A DNA stretch of 63,979 nucleotides, counting the filler, from Bipalium vagum (Eukaryota): the NCBI GenBank assembly GCA_037834085.1. It is 3 parts of 3 records of this genome, joined end to end, with 100 filler letters (N's around TTAATTAATTAA, not from the genome) between each part and the next. Parts side by side here need not be neighbours in the genome. Positions count along the whole stretch, not along the records: positions 1 to 15,976 come from JBBMKC010135219.1; 2 more parts are not named here. One strand, 5' to 3'. Both the position numbers and the translations under genes were made by a program. The stretch's first letter is position 1, and every line of letters starts with the position of its first letter. Below the pieces are notes generated by a model. That model was not told the DNA's origin, ran no database searches, and saw nothing but the letters and a program-made list of their open reading frames with translations. Of the stretch, positions 1-14,460 are shown piece after piece.

Positions 1-77
<77 letters not shown>
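1..77. repeat. (AAT)n microsatellite
   Basis: Seen directly. Confidence 0.95.
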
Positions 78-78
<1 letters not shown>

Positions 79-2040
79 CCATTTTCTCTTAAGAAGCAAA
101 TTGTTTCGGTAGGACAACCAATAATACATATCTTTGAATACATATTTTGATAAGTAAGATAATTAACGGTAGTCTATATATATTTACCAATGGTAATCCC
201 TGTCGATGACATTGTTGATGGTCATAAAAAAGATGATCCCGAACTAGTTATGGACAGCATAAGGATGTAAGATCTGTGATTGAAGCGTCGCCAGCTTATT
301 GGAAAGAAACGGACTTGAGATCTCAGCAACCAAAATCTCACTCTTCAACTCGGCTCAGTCTGTTATAGATCGCTTTTTTGGCAAAACTCGAAGGTAAACT
401 GGAGAAAATAATAACACCACTGGCTGAAAAATAATTTCAAATGAAAAAAGTTTGTTTTTTAATAAACGCTTTATAAAGACGAATGTCAAAAGTAAATAGT
501 CGGACTCCTTGATACATGCTTCAATCGGCTTCTTTCCAGTCAATGGTAATTTTACTTCTCAGTCAACCACAGTTTATCTCATATGGGCAGTAATCAGACC
601 ATGGGAACCTCCTATTACAAAATCATATTTATATTATATCAAATAAAAATTTATTTATTAAAACAATACTCTTTCGAGGAAAATGTGCTTCGTGCACCAT
701 TTTCTTCATTTGTTTTTGATAATTTGAATTTGTGTTGACGTAGTTTAGTTGACCACCTTCCCCGCTCATTTGGACATACCCTGAATGTATTAATAGAGAA
801 GGGAAGGTAGTAGAGAAGAGAGAAAGAAAGATAAAGAGAAGAGTTAATACTGCATAAGATAGTCAGAAATAACATGATAATAAGAGATAATGTGATAGTA
901 GGAGATAAGAGATGATAATAAGTTTTAAGTTTTAAGTTAGTATAATATGAGATGATAGTAATATTGATAATTAATCATATTTAATTATTGTTATAGGAAA
1001 AGAAAATTAAATATGGCAATGCTTCTGTTCAAATGTTTCAGTTTTAAGATCTTTATGAACGCAGACAATAAAAAATATCGTAATAGAATACGATCGAATG
1101 TTTGTAAAACGAACTAATTAAACCTTATATCTATTAATCGGCTTAACGTACCGAAAGAAAATCTAAGTAAGAGTAAAAACACTGTGTTCTATATAAATAA
1201 ACCATCTTAGTGAAGCATATACAAATCGGCTTACATACCGAGATAAAAAAGATAAATAACAAAATTGTATCAGAATACATTTGATCAGAGCATTGCACTA
1301 ATTTGATTGCAATTATTACAATTAATTAATATGTTAATCGTTATTATCGATAATATTTATAATAATATTTACAATAGTAATATAATAATATATTTATAAA
1401 ATTATAATTAAAAATAAATTAATGTTTATCATTATTAACGTTTAATATTTTAAAAACCATGAATGTTATAGTGGTTATTAGTTAAATAAAGTTACCGTTG
1501 TGATTATCATTGATTTTGTTCTTATTATTGTTATTATTATTATTATTATTAAGATAATTATCATTAGTTGTATTATGAATATTACCATTATTGAAATTAT
1601 GATTATAAGTATTAATGTTAAAAATTATAATTATCTTCATTTAATTACATAAGTAAGGTTTAGAATTATAATTTGAAATGAAAGAGTCGATAAAAGTTAT
1701 TAAAGTTTAAAGTATAATTTAAATAATTTTAGTGAATTAAGGAGATCAACGTATGAGGACTTGTAATTAAAGAGTGTTAAATAAAGTGGAATTGAAATTA
1801 TTATTTAAAAAGAATATGATAATTGATATTACATTTATAGTACATAATTACATAATTACATAGTTAAGAGTTATTACAATTATTATTAATAGTTATGTGG
1901 TGTTAGTTTTAGATAATTAAGTTAAAAGATTTATGAATTTTTGTTTATAAATAAGTTATTAATAATTATTAGTGTGTAAGTTAAGGTATTATAATTAATA
2001 AAATTAGGTTTTGTCACCGTATTGCATCTGCGCAAATCTA

Positions 2041-2849
2041 CAGTCATTCATCTATAATTTTACAGTTTCGGGACTGGAAAAATAGAAAATTTGTTGGCTG
2101 TGAAATTAGAAATCATGAAATTATAAAATCATAAACTCAATGTTATATAACCATCGATAATTTATTAACAATTTCAAAATGATCAATCATTAATATTTAT
2201 TTTAAATAATCCAATAACGTGTTTTGTATTTTATTTTTCTATATTTTTAAAATCAAGCCGTTTTTGAATTGAAAGAACTCCTTTGATTCTTGACCAATTA
2301 TCTTCAGGCTGTTGTTTCAAATACTTTATCAAACATTTGCATGCATTTAATGAATCTAACTAAAATTTTTTCTTCTTCATGTTCTAAGTCAACTTTTTAA
2401 AATTTATTTTTATATCCTCATGATCATCCTTTTCATTTACCGTTCCACTTGTATTTGTGCATAAACAAATCGTTATTCTTTCCAAGTCTTTTTTCTTTCA
2501 TAAGTCTGTTTCGTACCTAGAGTCTTACTTGATTCCAAGCGGTATAAGAGACAGGTTTCATAGAAATTAAAAATATCATTTGAGAAGTAGCTTAACAATT
2601 TTTGTTGTAAAAATGACAAATTTATGTCAGTAATGGTCTGATAAACAGAGCAAGATTCTCCTGATATAGTTTGTCGCTTAATACCATGTCGTTTTAAAAT
2701 GAAAGTATCTATCCTCTTGTCATTTTTCTGATTTGGACAGTAGGTTTTTAGTATTTGCAAATTTTATTGCTTGTTCCATCAATATAGCCTCTGTAATTAT
2801 CATTTTCGTTTTTTTTTAACAACCCAGTCATACAATTTTGAATCGACTG
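2041..2849 (-). mobile_element. Tigger/pogo fragment
   Basis: LKRHGIKRQTISGESCSV and DIFNFYETCLLYRL; TA-CAGTC end. Confidence 0.7.
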
Positions 2850-2910
2850 ACGGGAATGTTATATTTCTGGGTCATTCGTTTTCTATCGAAGATTTCTCAC
2901 ATTTTCCTTA

Positions 2911-2935
2911 ATTATTATTATTATTATTATTATTA

Positions 2936-2978
<43 letters not shown>
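2911..2978. repeat. (ATT)n microsatellite
   Basis: Seen directly; produces the spurious poly-Tyr ORF. Confidence 0.95.
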
Positions 2979-5936
2979 CAAATTTTTAGCGCAAAACTTA
3001 ACACATTCATGAATTATTCGCTTACCTATGCACATAAAAAAAATTTTATATCTAAATCAATTAGATCGATTAAACAAAAGATGTAATATTCCCGATTCAA
3101 TTCATCCAAACAATAAGGTGTGGGTTTTTATCGAAAATGACCATCTATCTGGAGCCAATGCCAATTAATTTAATTAAAAATGTTTAAATAAATAAAAAAA
3201 TTTATAATCGTCAAAGGAAAAATTGAAGAAGTTCGGAACAGATATTGATTTTTCTTTTATCATTTATTCGACTGATTTTGGAAAGAGGTTTTCATATTCA
3301 AAATATTTGTTTATTTATTATCAATCCACAATGTCATTTGGTTTTATTCTGTTATAATTTGCCAATTTGTTTTGGTAAAATAAAGAAAAATATTTCCCAT
3401 TGACAATATTGTTATTTTCTTCAACGGTGGTAATTTGGGAAAATCTCATCTGCTGGCTTCGCATATGGAGTCTGCAGAACAGAGATGGCTTCTTTCCAGA
3501 TAAGACTGTCCTAAGCCAGTTTGATAAAGTAATAGAGCCACAAAACCGATCAATAATGTAGGATTATCAATGGATGATACTCATGCAATTGCCATTCCAA
3601 GCGCCTATGCACGGGCATGTTTAGTGCCAGCTTATCCCGAAACTGGGGATATCAACGTATTTGTCATCTGGTTGCAGAGAATCGTCTGGTTGACATTTAG
3701 ACATAGCAATTGCCAATCACGGAGATAATAAATCATTATCTTACAAATAAAACCAGCCAGAGTCATCGTATCAAAAGTGAAATTATTAATTAACATGAAG
3801 ACAATCTATAAAAATCTGTTGAGACGGAACTCCCGGAGGGCAGCAGCTTACGAAGTTGTTACCAGGCTTGTTGGAAATGGACGGCATAGGTCGCACGGGG
3901 AAGGGGATAAATTGTGATTGGGGATATTAAATATATTTTGTATATTTATTCGATTATCGTGAAAGCAGTGAATTAAAACAAAAACTTTATCAGATCTTAA
4001 TAAATGAAAAAAATACAATCGAATGAAGATTAATGGCTTTTTGATGTGAAATTCCGTATTTTATTTATATTATATTTTTATATTTCTTTGATATATCAAC
4101 AAAGATAACTAAAAGCTGCTCTCATTACAGTGTGATTAAATAATATTTATTATTTTTAAATATTAATTATAATTACTTTAATTAATTTCGTTCACTGAAG
4201 GAAATTGAGGCCTAATTGATAGATTTAAGCAGGAAATAGAACCCATAATTATTATCAAAACAAAAAAATGTATTTGTATAATGTTTGTCAATTATTAATT
4301 ATTAATAATTAATTATTATAATTAATTAATTATTATATTTTTCAGTTTATTAATTGTGCAATTAATATCGTTTCTCGTTGCTAAACAATGATGGATATTC
4401 TAAAATTAAAATAAGACTAAAAATAAAATAAAATATTAATAATTGAATTAAAATGATGGAAAACCTCTCCAACTGTTTATATGTCGTTACATGAAAAATA
4501 AATATTAAATAAATAAATAATGATACACATGGCAAACCCAGGTTTAGGATAATAGTGATAGGCAATAAATAGAATATTCCTTTAATGTATCCAAAATGTG
4601 ATCACATTTAGTTTATTTGCAGCTCGGTTGAAATTATTTTCTGTAATTGAAGTTTTGCCATTCATAATTAATTTATCCCTTTTAAAGTATTGATTTTCTT
4701 AAAAATATTTTTCACATATTACCTTCACGGAATTATCAAAATTATACTTTAATTTTCCCTTTATGTTTTATAATTTAATATTTCATTAAGACTATTAAAA
4801 CAACTAATATATCTCAAAAAGTCCTGAGAAGTCAATTTTATATTAATTAAATCTTAAATTGTCCTTTGGAAATTGTTTAATTAATATTAAATGTTGTTTT
4901 GAATATTTGTATGATTATCATTCATTGGTTGTCCTATGTATTTGATTGGTTCTGTGCTGTTATTAATTTATCATATATACTTTCTGTTAATCGATATCAA
5001 TTCATTCCAAATGTTGACTTTTGTATTTTATTCAATTTGAATTTTATATTGATAAAGTTTCAGAATCACGTAGAGAACAATTTGAATTATTGATGATCAG
5101 GAGGAATGAAAAATTTTTTGAAGGGATACTAGAAATGTGATGAAAGACAAACATATTGTATAATTCATAATTATTATGTATAATTCTTTGATTTTCATTT
5201 CATTGTTTTTGTATTTTCAAAATGAAATTGTACTCTTTGAATGTGTGTTCTTAATTTAGAAAGTACTTAATCAAATTAGAAATAGCAATTCTAAATTATA
5301 AATGGTAAGAATTGGTTTTTGTTTTTGTTATTCTTATCATCAATAAACATTACTTGATGTTTTGAAGATAAATAAAAAAGTTTATCACTATTTTTGTGAT
5401 GACTTTTATTGGCCTAATTTATTTTAACATAACAGGCAAATTTATTTTAACTGTTTAACTAGATATACTAAATTAAAATCTTCAAATTGGTATAATATTC
5501 AACATTTATCAATTGATAAATTTAGTCAATATTAGAACAATATTCGATCAATATAAACCGATGGAAAATTTTGCATCAATGTGGTCCAAATAACTCTGAT
5601 TTTTTAGGCTGTTATCGTTTCATTAGTGTTTTTCTTAATGAAAAAGAAAGAGATTCTAAACATGCTATTCTGATAGGATATCTGTCAGTAGGTTGGGTAT
5701 TACAATTAGATTAGGGATAGTTCAACATACTATCTAACCGCTCAACACAAGACTCCTATAAAAATACGAAGATTGTGACTTAATAATATTATATTTCTCA
5801 ATTAGAGTAACATTAAATAGATTTTTTTATAAAAAATGTTTTATTTTCCAAACCATTTTAATTTTATCATTTATTATTTGTTTAAAGAATAGAAACATCA
5901 CATAAAATCATTATGGTTAAAATTAAACACGAAATA

Positions 5937-6420
5937 TTAGGCCATTAAGTGTGAAGTGCATGAATTTAATACAACAAATATTTTAAATAAATCTTTAAGA
6001 AGGAGCAAGGGAATCAATCGAAAGACCCTCAGAAAGAATACCAGAAATGCCTTTATCGAAAAACTCTGGTTTGAGGGAATTAATAAATTGAGTGAAGGCA
6101 TTTTGGACAGCCTTTTTCCTTGTAGGAAATTATCCAAATTCTGGAAAAATAATAATCTGTAGGTGAAAGGTCTGAAGAATAAGGAGGATGATCGATTGTT
6201 TGCAAATCAATCTCCAAAATTTTTAATTGAGTCCGATTTTCAACTTGCGAATGGGCATTGTCATGGAGCAGAATTGGTTTATCTCTATTGGGCAATTTCG
6301 GCTGTTTTTTGCCATATTCTTCATCATTTCTTCCAATTAAATGCAGTGGAGCTCTGCTGTGATTGACTGACCTGCTTTCAAGAAACTGTAGTATATCACT
6401 CCACGACTTGACCACCAAAT
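5937..6420 (-). mobile_element. mariner 3' fragment
   Basis: ILLHDNAHSQV, HPPYSSDLSPTDY; TA-TTAGG terminus. Confidence 0.85.
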
Positions 6421-7286
6421 GGTAACGACATATAAGATTGCCCTGAGGAATAAGTCAAAATAGCTTCTGGTTTTGCACTGATGGTCTCTGATTCTTTTCT
6501 GGGAACATTTTACCTAATGATGGGAGTCTCTACAAGATAAAATCCAAAGTACGACTTAATACATGATGAAATTATAAAAAAAATTAATAATTACTTATCA
6601 ATATTTAATTAAATCAATTTAAATAAACCTATAACAGTGATATCAATTGTCAAGTTGTTAATAAATCATATGAACCGCTTGATATTAAAATGGACACAAA
6701 TTTCCGCTCAAACCTTTTATAGTTTTCAATGATTCGCCTATTAAATTCTATCTGAATTTATAACAAATGTAACTTTTTAACAGCTTTCTATCACAAACAT
6801 ATATTTTCCGAATAAAATGAAAATGAATTTCCTTAAAAGATTTACAAGATCAGCGGGACTGGAATGGATTTTGGTCAGATTTATGTTTCGAAAAAAATGG
6901 AATAAAAATAACAACTTAAAATTGAAAATAAACTCAATATTGATTTTTCTTTTTTCTAAATGAACAAGCAATTTTTTCCTATTAAATAATATAATTTTTG
7001 GAATAGATAATAATAAAATATTTTATAATTAATTAATGAATAAGTGAACGAGAATTTTCTGAAACTTTTCAGTGCTTTTATTTTATTTTTAACTGATTAA
7101 ATTGTTCAAAAAGTCTTAAAAATAAAAATAAAAATATATCATATAGATGGAAAATTAATTAATATCGGTGAATAATTAATTTAGATGAATAAATGTTTGA
7201 CAATTCGGAAAAATAATGAAATATTTTTTCATGTTCATATTCATTCATTTAATATTTTCCAAATTACGATTTTTATTAATAAAACA

Positions 7287-7372
7287 ATTTATTATTATTA
7301 TTTTTATTATTATTATTTTTATTATTATTATTATTATTATTCTTTTTATTATTATTATTATTTTTATTATTA
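7287..7372. repeat. Imperfect (ATT)n microsatellite
   Basis: Seen directly. Confidence 0.85.
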
Positions 7373-9245
7373 AATATAAACTTAATTTATCATTGTCAAA
7401 TCAAAACATATAATATAAATATAAATAATTTTTGAATTATTTCAGTGTTTCGAAGAAAATATTTTGTTTTTGGTTTTTAAAAATTAACCAGGGCTTTAAC
7501 CAAGAATTAAAAGAATTCAGTATCAAGTGCTACTCAAAGGTTTCGATATTAAAAAGATGTAAAGATCACAAAAGTATTATAATCATAATATTAGATGAAA
7601 ATAACGATTTTTCAAGAGTGCTAAATTGTTTTTTTAACAAAACTAAACAATTTTTTTCAAAGTATTAGACTAATTCACGTAAATAGGGGATGAGGAACAT
7701 TAAATAAATCTTAATTTAATCATTTAAATTTATTTATTTAATTAGATACTTATATTTGTTTTAATAGTCCAATATAGGTTAGTATATTCTCGTAAGAATT
7801 CAAATTTTAAAAAGCAATTAGTCATGAAAAAAATGAGTCAGCTTATTTAAAATTTTTATTTTTGAAAGGTACAGTGACTGCTGCTGAGGGAGAATTAAAG
7901 AAATTGGCTCTTGACAGGTACATTCCAAAGAAACCTATCGAAAAATATTTCACAATCTTCGGGAGAGGCCAATTTTCCATTAAGGTTAAGGTTAATAGGA
8001 ACAGAACAAATACCGCAGAAAAATCTTCGAATCCAGCAAGTCAAATAGGTTTTTCTGAAACTCGGCAAACAAGCACTTATGTTATGTCTCAAAAAATTTC
8101 AATTGCCGAATTTTAAAGGACAATATAGAGCCAACGAAAATATTAGGCCGTTATGTTTCAGACGATTTTGACAAAGCAAACAACAATATGTAGACTTATT
8201 GTGTTCTCTGCCAACATTAAAGAATACAAGAATCATAAAGGTATATTCCAGTGACTTCAGTTTCTACCAAGGAACTTGGACAACCAGTTCCTAGAGGCTC
8301 GAAATTTGCTGATAAACGTATGTTGTTGGTAGCAATGGATTGCGAAGGTCTCAATCGATATCATCTTTGTGAAGGGAACAAGAGATTTTCAATTTTATAA
8401 CTATTTGCATGGTTTTGAAATATAGTTATATAGTTTCTGTTGAATTCTTCAAAAAAAGAACTAAATAAATTATTTTCATCAAAATGATTCCCTATTTCTC
8501 AGAAGATGACTCAAAATAATTTTAAAAATAACCCATCAAAGGTTTAAATGCCTTCCTCAAAGTTATTTCCACAACTTTTCGACAGAAAACGACAAGACTG
8601 TTCTCCTGTCAAAGGAGAATTCATCTATTGGAGTAGCCAGAAATGAATATTGAGTTGCGTATAAATATGATATATTTTTGAGTGGAAGATATTTCATATT
8701 TGCTTTGAAGATATTCCATTTGGAAGAATATGGATGGATTCAATTGTCGGATGACATATAAGTAACATTCATTGTAATTTTCGAATAAATTTGTATTTTG
8801 TTTTTTTCCAAAATGTCCCATTACACTTGGATTCGATCCTCTTCAAATGAATTGTATTGGATCGCGGTTCAGGAATCCATTTAAACTCCAATCAATGAAG
8901 ATATCTGTTTTTTCAAGTCTCTTTAACATTATTATTTTTCATTTGATTTGATTCCGATTGTTATTCGATATATACATTGTTTATTTTCTTTACTGACTTG
9001 ATCAATTCGTGATTTTACTTGTGTGAAAATATTGATTTTTAATGGGAATAAAATTAAGTGTTTGTGCTGAAAAGGTTTTCGTATGGATCAATTTTAGTGA
9101 TTTATTGTGTTAGCTATTTGTATAGGGATTGGAACTCAACCGTTCGTGAAAGTGTCGAATAGAATTCAGTTAAATCATTGATAGCTTTAACAGGATTTTG
9201 AAAATATTTAATAAATTCTACATCCTGAAGAAATTTTAATAATTA

Positions 9246-9880
9246 TTAGATTAAGGGAAAAGTATTGTCACTTTTTCATATATACTAACTTTGAAGCAAA
9301 GTTATTCTAAAATATCGACTAATATTTTTATATTTATTGATAAATAATAATAAGACAGACAAGCCTCTATTAAATTAAAACTTCATTGTATTATTTTAGG
9401 TTTGTTTTAATAATATAAACGCTTTTCAACAATGAAAACGGCTCAAATTAGAATTTGCTTACTTTTATGAATAAAAGGTAAAGCAAAATGCATCAGAGGT
9501 TGAGCGAAATATAGGTCGAGCGTGGAGTAAGGATTCAGTACCTAAACGAGATGCCCAGCGTTGGTTCAAACGGTTCCGTTCTGGAACACATCCATTGAAG
9601 ACCTGTTTCGTTCAGGTCGACGATCAGTGATTGATAATAGCTATTTAAAAGCCAAGATCGAGTCAAACCTTCAAAAATCAACTCGTGCACTTGCAGATAT
9701 ATTTGAAGTAGACAACAAAACAGTTTGCGATCATTTTAGACAAATTGGAAAAGTAAAAACTACAAAATTAATCAATCAATTAAGTGAAAATTCCAAAAAT
9801 CAGCGATTATCAAATTGCTTTTTTTTATTGTTAAAAAACAAAACTGAGGCTATCCTTAAAAGAATTATTATTAATTATTA
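9246..9880 (+). mobile_element. mariner 5' fragment (HTH region)
   Basis: TA-TTAGA start; AQRWFKRFRSG, IEDLFRSGR, STRALA. Confidence 0.8.
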
Positions 9881-10269
9881 ATTATATTATAATTAATTTA
9901 TATTCAATATTAATTTCACAAGTAACATTAAGATTTAATTACTTTTACTTAATTACTTTAATTACTTCATCAATTCCTGCCTCTTTTCCGCTATTATCCT
10001 AACTTCCGTTGCTTATCATAATGATTTTGGTTAGAAGAAAAGCTTTGTAAAGGAAATTATTTAGAAAGAACTTTCACTATTTATTAACACCCCATGACTC
10101 AGGATACCGAGAGACTTTTTTGAGGGTTAACTGATCCAAAGATTGATAATCAGTAACTGATAAAAATAACATACGGTCTTCTGAACGTGGGAGCTGGTGT
10201 TTATGATGGAAACTTTTATTTGAAAAGTGTGTCGATTTAAACAATTTTTAAAATAATTTTCTTTAAATA

Positions 10270-11620
10270 AAATTTATTTATAATCGATCAATTGAAAAAT
10301 TTCCAAAATATTTTATATGGAAATACTTTTTATTTTCATTAAATTTTTCACAATTTCTTATCGTTTTCCTTCACATTATGATTTTTCTATTTAAAACAAA
10401 TTTTCCGTGTTTTTATTTAAGCAAGAAAAAAAATACTTGATAATAATTTCGAATTTTTCCTCAAATTTTATTTTATTCTATAAAATTTACTTATTAAAAT
10501 CATTATTTTTTTGAAAAAATCGATAATTTATAAGTTAAACGATATTGCCATTTTTAATTAATTTTAATTTTAATTTATTTTTTAATTATTTTATTTAATT
10601 TTCTTAAATATTTTTATTACATTTTTTAATAAATATTTTTCAATTTAAAACAGTTTTCGTATTTTCATTTAAACAAGAAACACAAACATGATAGTATTTA
10701 AAAATTTTCGTAAATAATAAAAAATTTTTTTCCAAATTATAACCTAAACAATATTGTCATTTTTAATTAACTTTAATTAACATTTTTTTAAATTAATGTT
10801 TATTTAATTATGATTGATTAACTGAAAATATTCCAAAATATTTTATCTAAATATACTTTTTATTTCCATCAAAATTCTTAAAATTTCTTTTCGCTTTTTC
10901 AAAAATTTTCTTTTTACTTTAAAACAAAATTTTCGAATGTTTATTTAAACAAGAAAAAAATACATGATAATATTTTTGAATTTTCCCTAAAATATAATTT
11001 TTTTTTATAAAATTTACTCATTAAAATTATAATTTTTTTAAAAAATCGATAAATTATAAGTTAAACAATAGTGTCATTTTTAATTAATTTTAATTTTAAT
11101 TAATTTTAATAATTTTTATATAATTTTCCAAAATAATTTTTTATAACATTTTTTATAAAAATTTTTTCAATTTTAAACAGAATTTTCGTCCTTTTATTTA
11201 AACAAGAAAAACAAACACATGATAATACTTTAAAATTTTCCTAAAAATATAATTTTTTCCCATAAAATTTAATTTTTAAAATAATATTTTATTAAAAAAA
11301 TCAATATTTTATAATCTAAACAACACTGTCATTTTTAATTAATTTTATTTATTATTATATTTTTATTTAACTATGATTGATTAACTGAAAATTTTCCAAA
11401 ATATTTTATCTAAATATACTTTTATTTACATTAAATTAAAAAAAAGTTTCTTTTCACTAAAACAAAATCTTTGAGTTTTCATTTAAACAAAGAAAAAAAT
11501 TAATGATATTTTTGAATTTTTTCCCAAAAATAATTATATTTCATAAAATTTTGTTTTGAAAATAATTATTTTTTATTAAAAAAATCGATAATTTTTTAAT
11601 TTAAACGAAACTATCAAAGA
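10270..11620. repeat. Degenerate AT-rich tandem repeat (about 260-280 bp subunit, about 540 bp dimer)
   Basis: TTCCAAAATATTTTA at about 10301, 10831 and 11394; AAACAAGAAA and GTCATTTTTAATTA recur at about half that spacing. Confidence 0.7.
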
Positions 11621-12640
11621 AAAAAAAGAAAAATATTTTCAGAAATCATAAATACTTTTAATATTTCTTTAATAAATCTTCTAATAACACAATATTTTCG
11701 ACAGCCTCATATATTTCCTAGGACAGCTCCGCTGGAAGGGATCAGCCCCAAAATAACAAATCCCCGTTTTACAACCCTGATTAAAGTCAGCTGGATGCGA
11801 GCATCACCATCATCATTGTTATTATCATCATTATAACTATAATTACAAAAACATTATATATAAATATAAATATATAAAAATATTTATATTAATCATTTTA
11901 ATGGATTAAGTTTGGTGATGGTATTTATTTTCAATTAAAATTTTACATAAAGATTTTTGAACTGACATTTTCAGCTATCTCAAGGCTTTTGAAACGGAGT
12001 TAATAAACGGTAATTGCTTTTCCCCTTCTTTCCATATTGATTGAAGCACAGGAGTGGGTAGACGAGATGAAAATCTGTCAGAAATGACAATATAAATTAT
12101 TGTGTATATCTAAATTTAAATCAAGTTGATAAATAAAATTAATATTATTTTCCCAATCAATTTTTTCACAATCGTTAATTCTTTTAATTACGGATGGGAT
12201 TTTATCAGGAGACCTGTTTTCGTTTTTCTTTCGTTATGGGGTCCATGGAGCACTTCCTTCATGATTGTGGCTCTGATACCGAAGTGGGATAATCAAGCGG
12301 GACTTGGGAAATCGGTTTTTAGATTTCTTTTAGTAAATATAAGAAAAAATAAATGTTTCTGGTGGAGTGGTCACATTGACGTCAAAAGGTGTAATATCCA
12401 TATCTCTTTCCTTTAACAAAACACCAGATTCATTAGAAATTATCACACCTGGAGACTTTTTTTGCCTATTCCTTAAATATTATTGATTTCATTTAATTAA
12501 TAATTGATTTAATTGAAATTATATATGATTATTAATATTACACAATCGTTATTATTTCTATAATTATAATGTAATAATTATTTCTTCATATAATTAGTAT
12601 ATTATTTATTTAATTATTATTTGATATAATTATTATTGCA

Positions 12641-12890
12641 CAGTCCTGTCCATAATTATTCGGCCTCCTTCAATTTTATGAAATTGTTTCAAAAGTTCAT
12701 TTCGTTACAAAAGATTTATTACGTAAATATACACAAGCAGGAAGTTTTTGCATAATCTGTGGTATACATTTGATATCACTAATATTAATTGTGTTTAACC
12801 TTTGCCATAAGTACTGCATCCAACCTGTTCGGCATAGAATCAATCAATTTTGACCAATAGTTCATGGTAATTTCTTTAACCCAATTAAGT
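12641..12890 (-). mobile_element. Tc1 3' end fragment
   Basis: CAGT-type TIR; KLIDSMPNRLDAVLMAKG. Confidence 0.7.
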
Positions 12891-13599
12891 TTAATTATTT
12901 CAGTATTTATTTTATTTATTATATTTACATTTATTAATTTTTGTATTTTATTATTAAAATTTAAAAATTATTCGTCCCAATTTTCATTTAGAAAGGAAAT
13001 CTCTCACTTTTCGATATTAACTCATTATATTTTTTCATTATTATTCGCAAATAAACAGTGTTCTAATTACTTCATTTTATATATTGTTAAAAAACACGAA
13101 AAATTATGTTACAACCTTTTTGTAATAATAATAATAATGCTATATTATTATTAATATTAAATATATTAATAAAAAATTATATTAATATTAATAATATTAA
13201 AAAATATATTAATAAAAACATTAAATACATTATTATTATATTTGAATCATTTACGAATAATCGTTGTTGCTGGTGAGAATTTAATATTGGACCTGTTATT
13301 TATTATTATTATTATTTATAATTAATTTAAAATGAAGAATTTACATAACTTTAATTTTATTAATAAATAGTCTTAATAGATTTATTTCATTATAATTAAT
13401 AATAATTATTATATAATTTAATAATAATATTATTAGATTATAATAATATTATACTACTCATAGTACTATTATTATTAGTAGTAGTAGTAATAGTAATAGA
13501 TGTCGAAAGAGAATTCTGGATTTTAGAGTAGATCTAAGAAATATTATGAATGATAAAGATGTCAATTTAAAAAAAAAGATAAGCGGAGAGAAATATTTA

Positions 13600-14460
13600 T
13601 ATTAAAAAGGGTGTTTGTAATAGAAGAACGACACTTAGTACTTTACTTTATTTGCCGGAGCCAAAACCTCTTAAAGACAATTGATATGTACAATTTTGAA
13701 ATAAAGCTAAAACTCATTAACTTTGTTGCGGTTGCCAGTATAATTTTTACTGATCAAATTAATTGTAATTTAATTAAAAATATTGTTCTCCTTCTGCAAG
13801 TCGAGATCTTTCTGTCTTTAAATATCGAAAACGACATCTTCATTTCTCTATGAAAACTACCATTGGATTATGCAGTACGTCTATAGATCTTCATAAATAA
13901 GCCATCGCACAAAGATGTATTCTTTCGTTGTAATGTCAATGAAAAGTAATGTTAGATTGAGGGAAAGTATTGACGCTTTTTTATATCACAAATCAAAAAT
14001 CGATTAGTCACCGATTCGATTAAAGGAGCAAATGTGTGTTGATCATCAACTTGATTTTAAACTTGTCATAAACCTGTCGGAAATTGTCAAGTGATAAGAT
14101 AATCCCTGAGAGGAGATAAACCTGAAGAGTAAGATGGGTCAGGTATAGTTTCGTAACTCAGTTCCTGTAATCGTTGTGCAGTCAATTCTTAACATTTCTT
14201 CTCGAATTCATAATAAATCAATATAAAATGTGAACCAAGTGGTATCCCTTTCTAAAACAGAGCTACCTCTTCTGCGTACATGGATAATTGAAACATCACA
14301 TAAAAGCAATATAACAAGTGTGAGGAAGTTAATCATTTCTTTCTTTTACATAAAAAACCGAATTGTTTTTATTTTTTCTAGTTTTGTCTGTTGAGCTCTT
14401 GATTATTTTGATTATCCTTCCTTTGTGTTTCGCGTTATCCTTTCTCGCTACAATGAACGA
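13600..14460 (-). mobile_element. Heavily decayed Ty3/Gypsy RT-RNaseH remnant
   Basis: Weak fragments LLCDVS, LGSHFIL, RLQELSY. Confidence 0.4.

Noticed and set aside
2838-3086. Poly-Tyr/poly-Ile ORFs (also 7185-7413 and 14468-14656)
   Set aside because: Translations of ATT microsatellites or low-complexity DNA.
7862-8900. ORFs 7862-8116 and 8621-8821 as host genes
   Set aside because: Only faint mariner-like or Merlin-like traces (KRMLLVAMD, RIESK) in broken frames; too weak to call either way.
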